Positions 11,070 through 22,168 are shown, numbered from the stretch's first letter. The stretch: 38,461 bases of DNA from Thelocarpon superellum (GCA_026025795.1 JAPEUG010000135.1:1-38461), one strand, 5' to 3'. The notes: generated by a model not told the origin, from the sequence alone. Numbers and translations: made by a program.

Positions 11070-12490
11070 CTCCCCTCTCAGCGAGCACTGCACGTGCACA
11101 GGGATCGAACTGGCCAGGGCGTGGGGCAGATGGGTGGTGGGTGGTGGGTGGTGAGTGGTGGACGGGTCCGCGGGGGCCGATGTCGGCTCGAGAAGGAAGA
11201 GATCGACGAGCCTTTGTACCTAGGCAGAAATGCGACCAGAAGGGCCGATACCGGGCCAGGGTCAAGGGAGCATAGCTCCTGCGGCTACGAATTTCAACAT
11301 CGGCTCCCATGTCGGAGCAGATGGGACATGACGTGAGACGAGGTTCCATGAACGTAGCACGAGGCGGCGGTGGACTCGACGGATGATTGTTGCGAGAGGG
11401 TCGATAGATGGACGTACGACAGACCATCATCCAGCCATCGCTCCGACCTTGTGGACCGTTTAGGTGCCGGGTGACAGGGGAGGCTAGACCAACTGTTACG
11501 GAGTACGGAGACATGAATCGGGTAGCGAGATGCAGAGTCGACTCGGCTAAGGCAGCCCTGTCCAGGCGGCCTGGGACTTTTCCATCTTACCAAGCATCGT
11601 CTTCCCCATGGGCCAGGACTCGTACCCGTGCGCGAACCCAACGCCGATACGTTGCATACAGCGTACGAGCGTGGGCAAAGCCACTACCCACGCCGTGCCA
11701 TGCTCGTGGCACATGGCAATCATCTTGGCCATGTCTAGTGCACATAGCGCTGTAATGAGGAATGACTTGTCTGGCCAATGGAGAGCCTGAATGATCTGTC
11801 GCCGGCGCTTGTAGTCGGAGGAGAGGACAAGGACCTTGTGATGGGATTCCGACGACGGATGCCTACAGGTACCCGGGGTACGATGGGAATCTCCCTATGG
11901 CACTGTGTAGCGGTGCCACTGGTGCCAACGCAGTCGACCCCGGCAAACGCCGATCCAATGGGCGTGGGCCAATTGCATGGATCTGCCGACTCGTCGACTG
12001 ACAACTGCGTCACACCCACACCCACACCGTCCACCGTCCACCGTCCCCCGTCCTCCGTAGCGTGGTACCGAGTGGCAGCGGGACTGACGCTGCGCGCGGC
12101 TGCAGATGCGCCGTAGCTCGGAGTAAGATATTCTGCAACTGCCCCCAACCACACCGGTACTCGTACCACAGCTGCAGAGCGACGCGCAGGAAGAAACGCC
12201 CGGATTGCTCGTCCCAGCGGTCCAACGCCTCGCCGACGATAGCGCATGTCTCCCCTGCCATCGCGACCCACTCACGGCATTGGTGACCTCGTCCCACTCG
12301 TCCTTGCACCTGTCACTCTGTCCTGCAGGTGTCTGGTGCAGGTGACCGGTGGCCGACGTGGCTTTGCCTCTTGCCTTTTGCCTTGGCCCAACTCTCACGC
12401 ATTTTCCTCCTCGTCGCGCATCGCGTAACTGTAACCTCGGACCGGCGACAGGCGTGCCTGGGCGAGAGCAAGAGCACGCCAAAACCACGC

Positions 12491-12522
12491 ATTCCGCACT
12501 CCGCACTCCGCACTCTCCACTC
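12491..12522. repeat. 7-bp tandem repeat (CCGCACT)x3 plus degenerate copy
   Basis: attccgcactccgcactccgcactctccactc, ~160 bp upstream of the Tco89-like ATG. Confidence 0.7.
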
Positions 12523-12682
12523 GCCGTCCGATCTCTGTCGGCTGACGCTCTCCGCACTTGAGCCGTGAGACCTGCTCTCTCCAGCCAGCTCGCTATCTCC
12601 CTCATATCACGCTCAGCCGACCACGCGTCGGCTGAAAGCGTCGGCGGGGAGAGTTGCTGCAGACGGCCAGAGCGACCTCGCC

Positions 12683-14794
12683 ATGCCGGCACAAGATTCG
12701 CCCACACCCGGACCACGACCAACCTACAACGCCCGAACGGGCTCCACAACCTCGCTCAAAGATCGACGAGCCAACGGACATGGGCCCCATTCATTGACCG
12801 GGACGTCGCTGTCCACCTCGCACAAAGTTGGCCCTCACCGATCCCATTCGCGCGCGCACATGATCGGACACACGCGGCCCCAACAGACCCGGGTGCCGTC
12901 GTACGGCAAGAACCTGGGCAAGTTGGCCAAGACGCACCAAGCTCGAGAAGGAGAGGGCGAGGGCCGGGCGACGGGGCGGCACCATCGACGATCACGATCG
13001 CACACGCCGTCCAGCAGCCCGCACACGAAGCAGATGCACGATGCCCTGCCCCTGCGCAATCGGTCCGACGCCTCGCTGGTGAAGCATACCACGGCCGCAC
13101 TGAAAAAGAACTCGTCCAAGGTGTCCCTCAAGCGCAATGGGTCGGGAAAGGACCTGAGCAAGGGGCCCAAGGCGGAGAAGCCGGCCCGTCGTCCATCGTC
13201 GCCGTCGCGAGCACGAATCAAGGCCCACCGCTTCCCCTCGGTCCACTTTGATCTGGGCAGCAACGGGCAAGATGACGGCTGGACAGAGGTCAGCAATTCG
13301 GAGTCTCCCACGGTCACTCGTCCAGCGTCGCAAGCCAGCTCCCGCGCCGCCATCAGCGGCTTGAGCCAGATCACCTCCCACCAAGCCGACACAGACGGTA
13401 AATCCGCAGGCGTCAAGAATGGCGCTCCCCTCGACCCGCAAGCTATCACTTCGCGCCTCCTCCAGCGCCACCCGCGGCAGAATGCCCCCCCCCAAATGTC
13501 GACCATCTCCGCCACCGGCACCCCGCTACATCACAGTCCGCGATCGCTCTCCCACAGCCAATCGTCGACGCTCAATGGCACGCCCAGCACGATCCGCGGG
13601 TCTATTACAACGAGCAACGGCATCGAGTCACCTACGCGGCGCCGCTCGTCGGAAAATGACCGCAGCGACGACATGAGCACGGCCACCGGCCGTACGCGCT
13701 CCGCCGGCGTGCTCACAGACGCCGACTCGCTCTGCCAATCCATCGCCGGCTTCAACACCATGCAGGCCTCACGGACGCAGCAGAAACTCTGGCTGCAGCG
13801 CGCCAGCAGCAACATTGAGCACCACCAGCAGATGCGGCCAGAGAACGGACACAGCCACGGAATCTTGGGGGTGGGGGTGGGTGTTGGCGCCGGTGACGGC
13901 CGCGATCCACGCATGCAGCGGCAATTCGACCGCACCAACAACGAGTACCTTGTGGTCCGACGCCACCGCGATCCACTGGGCGATGCGCTGAGCCGGCTCA
14001 ATCGAATGCCGGGCACGGATCGCCAACGACGCATTCCGGCGACCAACGCGACGGATGGGGCCAGCGACGGATCAAGACTGGGCCTAAGCCAGAGCATGCA
14101 TGAGCCGCGCCGTGTCAGCGGTCGTCGTGAAGATCTCCTCCAGCGCGCCACGACGGGAATTCAGGCCAGCGGGGGCAAGAGCAAAGACGATAATGGTCTT
14201 CTCCCTTACCAGCCCCCCCATGATCATCCTCATCATCGACAACGACGGAGTGGGGACAGGGAGAGACAGAATGGGAGAGGCTTCGACGACGAAGAAGAAG
14301 GAGGAGAGGGGAAAGGAGAGGGAGAGGAAGGCAGAGAGGGAGAGGGATACGACGGCTACGGCAGTCCAAATGGTCACGGACACGGACACGGACACGGACA
14401 CGCCGACGCCCAAAACGAGCAAGTCAGTGCCGTCAGAGCAGGCAGAGCTGGTAGTGGTGGCGGTGGCGACGGTGGAGCAGGCGGAAGAAACGGAAACGGA
14501 AACGGAAACGGAAAGGGGAGAGAGAGAGAACGAGAATGGGAACGGGAGCGGGACCGAGAACGAGAACGAGGCGATGAGACACAACAGATGCTCCGACGAC
14601 TATGGGATCGAGCGGGGTCGGGATCAGGCGCGGGAGGAGGAGACGGGGGCAGCTCGACGGGGGATAGCGGCGTTCTTCCTGCCCAGAGTACCATGCACCC
14701 GTCTCCCCAGACCCGTTCCGGTACTGGACATGGACACGGACATGGAAAGGGAGAGGAGAGGGAGAGGGAGAGGAGCAAAGGAGAGGGGAAATGA
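12683..14794 (+). CDS. TCO89: Tco89-like TORC1 subunit (703 aa, largely disordered)
   Basis: Long intronless Ser/Arg/His-rich ORF with the Tco89 signature SRTQQKLWLQR, plus EYLVVRR..DPL..LSRL and a late LRRLWD block. Recognition is by motif memory, not by search. Confidence 0.78.
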   Translation: MPAQDSPTPGPRPTYNARTGSTTSLKDRRANGHGPHSLTGTSLSTSHKVGPHRSHSRAHMIGHTRPQQTRVPSYGKNLGKLAKTHQAREGEGEGRATGRHHRRSRSHTPSSSPHTKQMHDALPLRNRSDASLVKHTTAALKKNSSKVSLKRNGSGKDLSKGPKAEKPARRPSSPSRARIKAHRFPSVHFDLGSNGQDDGWTEVSNSESPTVTRPASQASSRAAISGLSQITSHQADTDGKSAGVKNGAPLDPQAITSRLLQRHPRQNAPPQMSTISATGTPLHHSPRSLSHSQSSTLNGTPSTIRGSITTSNGIESPTRRRSSENDRSDDMSTATGRTRSAGVLTDADSLCQSIAGFNTMQASRTQQKLWLQRASSNIEHHQQMRPENGHSHGILGVGVGVGAGDGRDPRMQRQFDRTNNEYLVVRRHRDPLGDALSRLNRMPGTDRQRRIPATNATDGASDGSRLGLSQSMHEPRRVSGRREDLLQRATTGIQASGGKSKDDNGLLPYQPPHDHPHHRQRRSGDRERQNGRGFDDEEEGGEGKGEGEEGREGEGYDGYGSPNGHGHGHGHGHADAQNEQVSAVRAGRAGSGGGGDGGAGGRNGNGNGNGKGREREREWERERDRERERGDETQQMLRRLWDRAGSGSGAGGGDGGSSTGDSGVLPAQSTMHPSPQTRSGTGHGHGHGKGEERERERSKGEGK
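14290..14790 (+). repeat. Coding microsatellite/low-complexity tracts (CACGGA, AACGGA, GAGAAC/GAGAGG) in the Tco89-like 3' end
   Basis: Encode GHGHGHGHGH, RNGNGNGNG, REREREWERERDRERER and a second GHGHGHGKGEERERER. Confidence 0.85.
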
Positions 14795-14825
14795 AATGAC
14801 TCTGCCATCCATTTTCTACTGGTCT

Positions 14826-15012
14826 TATTGCTCAGTAGTCAGGACCTACTAGAGTAACTACTACTACTCCTTCTCCTCCTACTACTACTAGTGGTGATTT
14901 GACTACCTCGCCTCACTTCACCTGACCCAGCACACTGATCTCTACCCATCCCGCCTCGCCATTGTCTCATCTTATCCACTACCTCCCTTCCCTCCCCTTC
15001 CTTCCCTCCCCT
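14826..15012. repeat. Low-complexity (TAC)n and polypyrimidine tracts in the convergent terminator region
   Basis: ctactactactccttctcctcctactactacta and cctcccttccctcccccttccttccctcccc between the TCO89 and PAN2 stop codons. Confidence 0.7.
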
Positions 15013-18000
15013 TCACTTCTCGGCGACGGATGATGGGGTCCAGGTCCTAGATGCACCGCTCAACGTGCCTTGTATCCGCTGCGGCAGCCACCCGGGGGGA
15101 TCCTGGCGTCCGGATGTCGAGCTCGTGGTTGCTCCGTTCCTTGTCTTGGTCGGTGTGCTCTCACTTCCAACACTACTACCACCACCACCATCACCATCAC
15201 CAGTTCCCGTACCAGCAGTATTGCCCGTGCCCGTGCCAGTGCCAGTGCCAGAGGAGGAGGTGGTGGTGGTAGGAAGAGCGCTAGGAGCTTTATAGTTCAC
15301 CTCCCTCCCCCGGGCATAAATGTCCAATATGATATTCTCGAGCACCCCGGCGTCGTCAAACTCCTGATACTTCCGATAGAGTTTGAGCGCGGTACGGGCA
15401 TCTTCGATGGAGTCGTGCGTCTCGGTCTGGATGTCTTCGCGGAGGAGGAACCAGGCCAGGAAGCGGAGGGACAGTTTGCGCTGCCGCGCCTTGATGAAGA
15501 AGAGGTCGACCGTGTCGATGACTTGCCCCTTGGGCACGTGCATGTTGATGGTCCGAAAGTCCTTGGGGAGCCCGTGACCCACGAAGATACAGCCCAGGTT
15601 GAGCAGCAGCCAGAGCTTCTTGTATGCAATCTTTAGGGGGATCAGGTTGTGCCGGGATCGGGCGGGGTCGAGGTCCCCCGCTTGGATGCCCGAGAACGCC
15701 GTCAGGTAGTCGACCACTGGCTCCGTCGTGGCGATGTAGTCGTCGATGAAGGGGAGTCCCTCGTCTTCCCCCGAGCCGCGGAGGACCGACACCCGCGCTA
15801 GGCCGAGGCGACTCGGTCGGATCGTCTCCCGTGATCCGTCCGCTTTGATCTCAATCTCCTCCTGCTGAAAGGCGATGAATTCCGCGTCAATCGCCACGTG
15901 CGTCCCTGCTGTGGGCGCTTCCGTCTGCGCCGAGAGGAGGCGGTACGGCGTCCCTTGCTGCATCGTTGGCTGCGTGTAGGATATGTCATGGTAGAGAATC
16001 GTCGGATCGAGATTCTCCTTCCAGGAGTTGTCCACCGCGTGACTTCCCTTCTTCACTTGATACGCGAGGATCGATGGGAGCTTCCAGGATCCGTGGAATC
16101 GCAGCGCCTCTTCTTCTGGGATCTTGCGTACCAGAAAGTCGTTGAAGAGATGCCAGTCACTGCTGCGCTCGCTCTCGGGCCCAGAGTGGTGCACGTCGAC
16201 CAGCGCCACCAGATGCGGCGCCTGGTGGTCTCCGCTGACGATCGCTGCCACCAGTCCCACCAGGCAGTACACCGTGATGGCGTGGATCCCTCGCTGCAAA
16301 TGGAGTCGGAGATCCTCGCCTTCGTAACAGAACAGCTGTCCGCCCTCCACGATGATGCCTATCTCCGTCGGAAGCCATCCTGGTGTCGCCCACGCCTGCC
16401 GCGCCTCCGCGCTGTTCACCGCCGTGTTGAGGAAGAACACGTCCGGCACGGCCTGGATCGTTTTGCGCGTCGACAGCGATTGGTACCGTCGGCACTTGTC
16501 ACACCATCCACGTGTCTGTGTCTCCCGCTCCACGCTGGCTTTGACGATCTGCGAAAAGGATGGTCGGTGGCCTTTGAGGGAATGCTGCACCCGTCAGTCC
16601 TTCTCTCCCTCCGAGACACTCCACGTACGTGAGATGGATATGCCAATTCGTTCACAACGGTGCCCCCTTCGCGGATCGTCTCGGATTGACATTTGACACA
16701 TCGAATCGTCGTCACCGCGGCCATGGCGACGGTCTCTTGATCAGCTTCCTCTGACCCCCTCGTCAACACATATCTATCATGACTCACCTGGTCCAAGGCT
16801 GGCGACTGTGGCAACATCTGCCGGTAATCCGTAGAGATCCTCTCCAACAGAAATCGATTCAACACTTGGATCATCGACGGAAGCGATCCGGCCGGGGACT
16901 CTTCCTCCAGCAATCCCAGTGCGCTCGCTACTCCATGTCAACCATGCCAACCAACATCAGCTGTCGTCCGTCACGCTTACCTTGAGGCAGATTACTGAAC
17001 GTCTTGAGCAGATTCGTCGCTTGGCAGTTCTGTCCGCTGGCCGATTCCAGCATGTTGAAGAGAAAGCCCATCTCACACAAGAGACAGCTTCCCGACAGAC
17101 ACCCCGTTGCCGTGTGCTGCAGAGCCAGGTTCCGAAGCAGTGGCGTAAATCGATACAGCTGGAGCAAGGGATTCGAATACGAGTTGGCGATGTGGATCTC
17201 CAGGCCAGAGTATGCCGTCTTGTTGTAGTATCTATCACACGTTAGCCTCCTCCACGCCTGTAGCAGTATCGCCCATACTCAAAGTCAAAGTCATCCACCC
17301 CAAACTTGCTGTACTTGATCTCCACGTTCCGGTACATGGCCGGCACCTCGGCCTTGAGCCCGTCGTTGAGCATCACCGTCCCAAGCGCCTCGGCAATGTC
17401 GCTGGGTCGTCGTTCGACCTTGTTGCTGCTCGCCGCATCCCGCGCCTTCTCGCTGAGGAACTTGGGCGCCATCAAGGGCACGTTGTCCTTCTCCATGAGT
17501 CGGCCCTTGTCCACTTGATTGCGACGACCACGTCCCGGGTTCGAGGCATATCCCCCAAATTCCGTATGCGTCATGGCCGCGAGGATCTCGGGGTCGATCT
17601 TTGGGGGCAGCCCACCGAGGTCAAAGGTCAGATGACTTGGCCATGCCGACAGTAGCTGTTCACGATAGTATGGCAATCCGACCACGTTCAGAGGTCTGCT
17701 AGGCATTCAGCGACACACTTGAGACACGGATAGAAGAAAATCTTAGCGTACGTGTCGGGATACCAGTCCACCGGGGCTGGCGTGGTGGGGACATCGGCGA
17801 ACTCGGTGGAATTGCTGAACTCGGCGAAATGCACCTTGCTCGGCGAGCCCCACAGTTGGATGGAACAGTCGGCGTCGGCCAGAGCCAGTGCCTCACCCGA
17901 TGGCGCCAGTTCCAGCTGAGTCAGGTAGCTCGACACGATGGCGTGTCGGAGGTTGACGGTGTTGGGGTTCATCAGATCCACCACCTGCATCTGCCCGTTC

Positions 18001-18999
18001 TGTGACGCCACGATGCCCGTCGTCGACATGCGGGGATGCATGCGTACGTACGCTGCCCCGGCGTGAAAAGGAATGGGAGGGAGGGGCATCATCGTCTTGA
18101 GATCAAAGACATTGGCCAGAGGATCCAACATGAAGGACTGTTGCTGTCGAGGCGAGAACCCGCACGTCACGAGGAAATTATTCTGGGCATCCATATCGTT
18201 GATAGCGGCGGCATGCGCCTTCCAGGACTTGATCAGCTGAAAGGTCGTAGCGTCGAGCAGGTCGACCGTGCCCGTACTCGTCGCGGCACAGATGTATCGA
18301 CTCCGTTTCATCAAGGTGTATGCATGATCCGTGGGGATCTGGTCTCTGCTGAGCTACCGGTCCCATGTTCGGCAGCTGGAACCATACCTCTTTGGTGATG
18401 ACGCCCCGATCCACATCGATCAGAAACATCCACGGCTGCATGCCGGCCACCAGGATCTCGGAGGTGCCCTTGGACGTGTAGCTCATACATCGCAGATCCG
18501 TCATGTTCTCGTGCGTGAGGGTCCATTGTGCCAGACCTCGTCGGAGGGACAGATGCACGCTCTTGGAGGCAATCGAGATGACTCCTTTGTTGTTGAAGAG
18601 CAGCTGCCGCACCGGTCCCTCGTGGGACAAATGAGCGCGGAAGGAGGTGTACTTCTGCAAATCCGGACCGTAAAACGACGTGACCCGACCCTAGAGCAGG
18701 ATGTGCCCATCAGCCACGCTCGCCTCGCGCTCGACTGAGGATGGTACATATTCGTTGCCCGTCCACAGCAGCTCTTGATTGCTGTCAAAGGCCAAGACCG
18801 ACACGGGAGTAGGAAGAGCGTGGATGCCGGGGGGCGGAAAGGCGGTTCGCGCGACCTACACGCAGCTTCATCAGCCCTCTTTGCTCGGGTCCGGTCTCAT
18901 GCTGCTTGGTTGCTGGGGTGCACGAGTGAATGGCTTTCCCGGTCGTGGCCTGTCTCATGATCTGGAGAAACGGCTCACCTCGTCCCAATCAGCCTCCAT
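15013..18999 (-). CDS. PAN2: PAN2 poly(A)-specific ribonuclease catalytic subunit (~1167 aa); 9 exons: 18999-18979, 18855-18748, 18690-18388, 18338-17752, 17695-17279, 17231-16981, 16927-16788, 16733-16629, 16584-15013
   Basis: MEADWDE start, WD40 region, [13 protein letters not shown] linker, [14 protein letters not shown], inactive UCH domain, DEDD nuclease ([27 protein letters not shown]). All 8 introns are GT-AG and the spliced length is a multiple of 3. Confidence 0.95.
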
Positions 19000-19148
19000 C
19001 TCAAGTTTGCGTCATTTTCCAAGGCAACGACCCCAATCCCTCCGAATCTCCCGCCGAGACAGCTGCATCGCTCGGCGTGTTGATACCGACGCAGCTGCAC
19101 GTCGTCGCCGGTTTCGCAGGAAGACGGTGACTAAGCGACCTCGTTCAT

Positions 19149-19172
19149 CCGCCCCGCCCCGCCCCGCCCCGG
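19149..19172. repeat. (CCGCC)x4 GC-box-like repeat upstream of PAN2
   Basis: ccgccccgccccgccccgccccgg, ~150 bp upstream of the PAN2 ATG. Confidence 0.6.
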
Positions 19173-19487
19173 CACTACGCATCACCACCTCGCGACATCG
19201 ATTCACGCCTTGCACATGTACGGCTTTCGGGTGGGCGCACGGGTGAGTGCTTCATTCAATCTAAGTACGGGGCAAATGGCCCCATCGCTCTCCGGTCTCA
19301 ACCGCTCGGCGACGAGCTTGCCCAATCCCCCAGCGGCAGATGCAACCACCCCGGTAGCACCAGGAGAAACGGTCCGGGATACCAATGCAGTCCACGAAAT
19401 ATGCAAACTTGCCACAGCGATACCACGCGACACAGATTTCGACTTTTGAGATGCGCACGTCCGCCCCGGGCGGCAGTAGTGGTCGAT

Positions 19488-21838
19488 CTACACGACGGGG
19501 CCTGCATCTGAGGTCAGCGAGGGAGGGATGACCGGGTGCCGTGGGCGCGCAGGGTCACTCACCAGCCTTGATGACCTCGGGCGTGGCTTCGTCGGCATAC
19601 TTCTTGAAGTTCTCCACGAAGAGCGCGCCGAGCTTGGTCACCTCGCTCCGGAAGCTCTCCTCGCCCGCGGTCCAGGATTTCTTGGGGTTGAGGAGCTCCG
19701 CCGGAACGCCCGTGGCGGCGACGGGCACGTGCAGGTTGAAGGTCTCGTAGACCTCGTACTCGGCCTTGGCCAGCTCGCCCGAGTGGATGGCGTCGAGGAT
19801 GGCGCGGGTGTATTTTAGCGGGCAGCGCTTGCCGCCCTGCGTCGCGCTCGAGCCCACCCAGCCGGTGTTGAGCAACCAGGCGTTGGCCTTGTGGTGGGCC
19901 ACCTTGTCCGCCAGCATCTTGGCGTAGCGCATCGGGTGCAGGGCGAGGAAGGGCTGGGCGAAGCAGGAGGAGAAGGTGGCCTGGGGCTCCGTTACGCCGT
20001 CCTCCGTGCCGGCCATCTTGGAGGTGTAGCCCGAGATGAAGTGGAACATCATCTGCTCCGACGTGAGCTTCGAGATGGGCGGCAGCACGCCGCGCGCGTC
20101 GCACGTCAGCAGGATGATGTTGGTGGGGTGGTTGAAGGACAGGCACGGGATCTTGGCGTTCTGGATGTACTCGATGGGATAGGCGCAGCGCGTGTTCTCC
20201 GTGAGCGTGGCATCGTCGTAGTCCACGACGCGCGTGTCCTGATTGAACACCACGTTCTCCAGCACCGAGCCGAAGCGGACGGCGTTGAAGATGTCGGGCT
20301 CCTTCTCGCCGGACAAGCCGATGCACTTGGCGTAGCAGCCTCCCTCGATGTTGAAGACGCCCCGCTCGCTCCAGCAGTGCTCGTCGTCGCCGATCAACGC
20401 GCGGTTCGAGTCGGCCGAGAGCGTCGTCTTCCCCGTCCCGGAGAGGCCGAAGAAGACGGTGACGTCGCCGTCCTTGCCCTCGTTGGCGGACGAATGCAGC
20501 GTCAGGACATTGTGCTTGACGGGCATCTCGTAGAAGAGCACGGTGAAGACGCCCTTCTTCATCTCGCCCGCGTACTCGGTGCCGAGGATGACCATCTCCT
20601 TCTCGGCGAAGTTGATGGCCACCGACGTGGCCGAGGTCATGCCCACCGTGTATCGGTTGGCCGGGAAGGCGCCGGCGTTGTAGATGACATAGTCGGGATG
20701 GAAGTGCACCAATTGCTCCGCCGTGGGCCGGATGAGCATGTTCCGCATGAAGAGCGCATGGTAGGCACGTGCGCACACGACACGCACGTTGATTCGGTAC
20801 TTCTCATCCCATCCGGCGAAGCCATCGACCACGTAGATGCGGTTGCGCGTGTTCAGGTAGTCGATCGCGCGCTCGCGGTTGATTCGCCAGACCTGTGTGC
20901 GCCACGAGTGGTCAGCCTTAGGCCGCATGCGTCGTCGATCCTCCGCCACGTGACCGCGACCCTGGCCGAGCCCCGCCACAGGATGGGTAGCGCGGAGAAA
21001 TACGGGACCGGGGGGTGGAATCAGGCTAGTCGACGCCGCGGTCCAACCGCACACCGCATTCTGCTTTTTCTCACTTTGTCCTTCTCACGTCACCGGCATA
21101 GCCGAGCACGGTGTCGGAGAAGCAGAGGCAGAAGCGGACTCCACGCACTGCCACGCCGCACGCATGCACGCACACGGAGCCATGAGTCCGCAAACACGCA
21201 ACACACATCACCGACTTACCTCAGGCGTCATGGGCTTGTTCACCGGGCCCCACCACACATCCTTGTCTGAGCCCTCTTCCTTCACGATTCGCTTGTCGAG
21301 CGGCGAGCGTCCGGTCTTCGCGCCGGAGTAGGCCGTCAACGCTCCAGTCGATGTGATGGCAGAACCAGTCTCGTAGACCAAGGCATCTTCGTAAAGCGCG
21401 GCGACGGAGGGATTCGGTACCTAGGAAACGGTCGTCAGCAGGAGATGGTCCGTGGGGCACGGAAGCACGTGGGACGTACGATGGCCACGCGGTCGTAGTC
21501 GATGTGTGCTTTCTCGTGGAGCTCCTCCTCGATCTCGGTATGCTCACGCGAGGGCCTACCATGGCACGTCATGTCAGTCTGTCGGCTCCAGCCGTGACTA
21601 TCCGGCGACATGATGTCTACGGGGAGGGACGGGTCACTTACGCAACACCACCGGGATGGAGGGCGGTCTTGTTAACGCTGTTGGTGATCATGTTGCGCAG
21701 CGAAGTGGAGTGGTAGTTGGAATTGCCGCGGTGAACTTGTTGACGCAGGATGGCGGGGTGAGAGCCAGGGCCCGAGGAACCATTGGTATAGCCTTCGGGG
21801 GCGGTCGAGGCACTTATGGGAGCGGCCGTGGGGGACAT
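19488..21838 (-). CDS. PCK1: Phosphoenolpyruvate carboxykinase (ATP) (~605 aa); exons 21838-21642, 21555-21480, 21420-21220, 20892-19563, 19501-19488
   Basis: [39 protein letters not shown] (P-loop), [24 protein letters not shown]. Four GT-AG introns restore the frame. Alternative downstream start at 21691 (MITNSVNK). Called acuF in Aspergillus. Confidence 0.97.
20893..21219 (-). other. Unusually long (327 nt) PEPCK intron 3 with multiple inverted repeats
   Basis: GTAAGT donor after ..KPMTPE and GCTGAC..CAG acceptor before VWRINRER. Stems are listed in findings. Confidence 0.85.
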
Positions 21839-22155
21839 GTCGGACGAGAGTGCGGCTTGGGCTGTAGATGGAGATATAATCACCGGGGACGAGACCGAGG
21901 ACGGGTGGATGGAGAGGGACAGGGTGGATTGAGGGGCAAGACGGAAGAGCGTCTGGGCAATGATGGGCACTGCACGCTCGGCCCCACCGTAGGAAGACTA
22001 GGTCGACGAGACGACGAGGCCGCGGAGAGCAGAGGGGCACCGTCGTGACCTCGGACACATGGCGGGGACTAGAGGCGGTGCACGATGCTGATTCGTCCAT
22101 GGCCTCGACCAGGACGGGCATGGGGCCCTGGCCGTGCCACCGACCTGGCGCCCGC

Positions 22156-22168
22156 CGGGTGGAGTCGG
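22156..22168 (-). promoter_or_regulatory. Candidate AcuK/AcuM gluconeogenic activator site CCG-N7-CCG
   Basis: Minus strand CCG-ACTCCAC-CCG ~320 bp upstream of the PEPCK ATG. The motif is short and chance hits are expected in GC-rich DNA. Confidence 0.3.

Noticed and set aside
9771..11514. 395-aa alternate-frame and 483-aa antisense ORFs over MET10
   Set aside because: Arg/Gly/Ala-rich or shadow frames expected in GC-rich coding DNA.
11070..12682. ORFs and short repeats (CACACC, CACCGTC, TACGGAG) in the 1.6-kb intergenic region
   Set aside because: No coding signal, terminal repeats or RNA-gene hallmarks; ordinary low-complexity intergenic DNA.
20893..21219. TPP riboswitch or C/D / H/ACA snoRNA identity for the PEPCK intron
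   Set aside because: No TPP aptamer core (CUGAGA, GAUAAU..AGCG). Box C is imperfect (GUGAUGU) and I could not recognise an rRNA-complementary guide or a correctly placed H/ACA box. Needs an Infernal search.
19891..21270. 459-aa + strand ORF antisense to PEPCK
   Set aside because: Shadow ORF caused by strong GC3 codon bias of PEPCK; no recognisable motifs.
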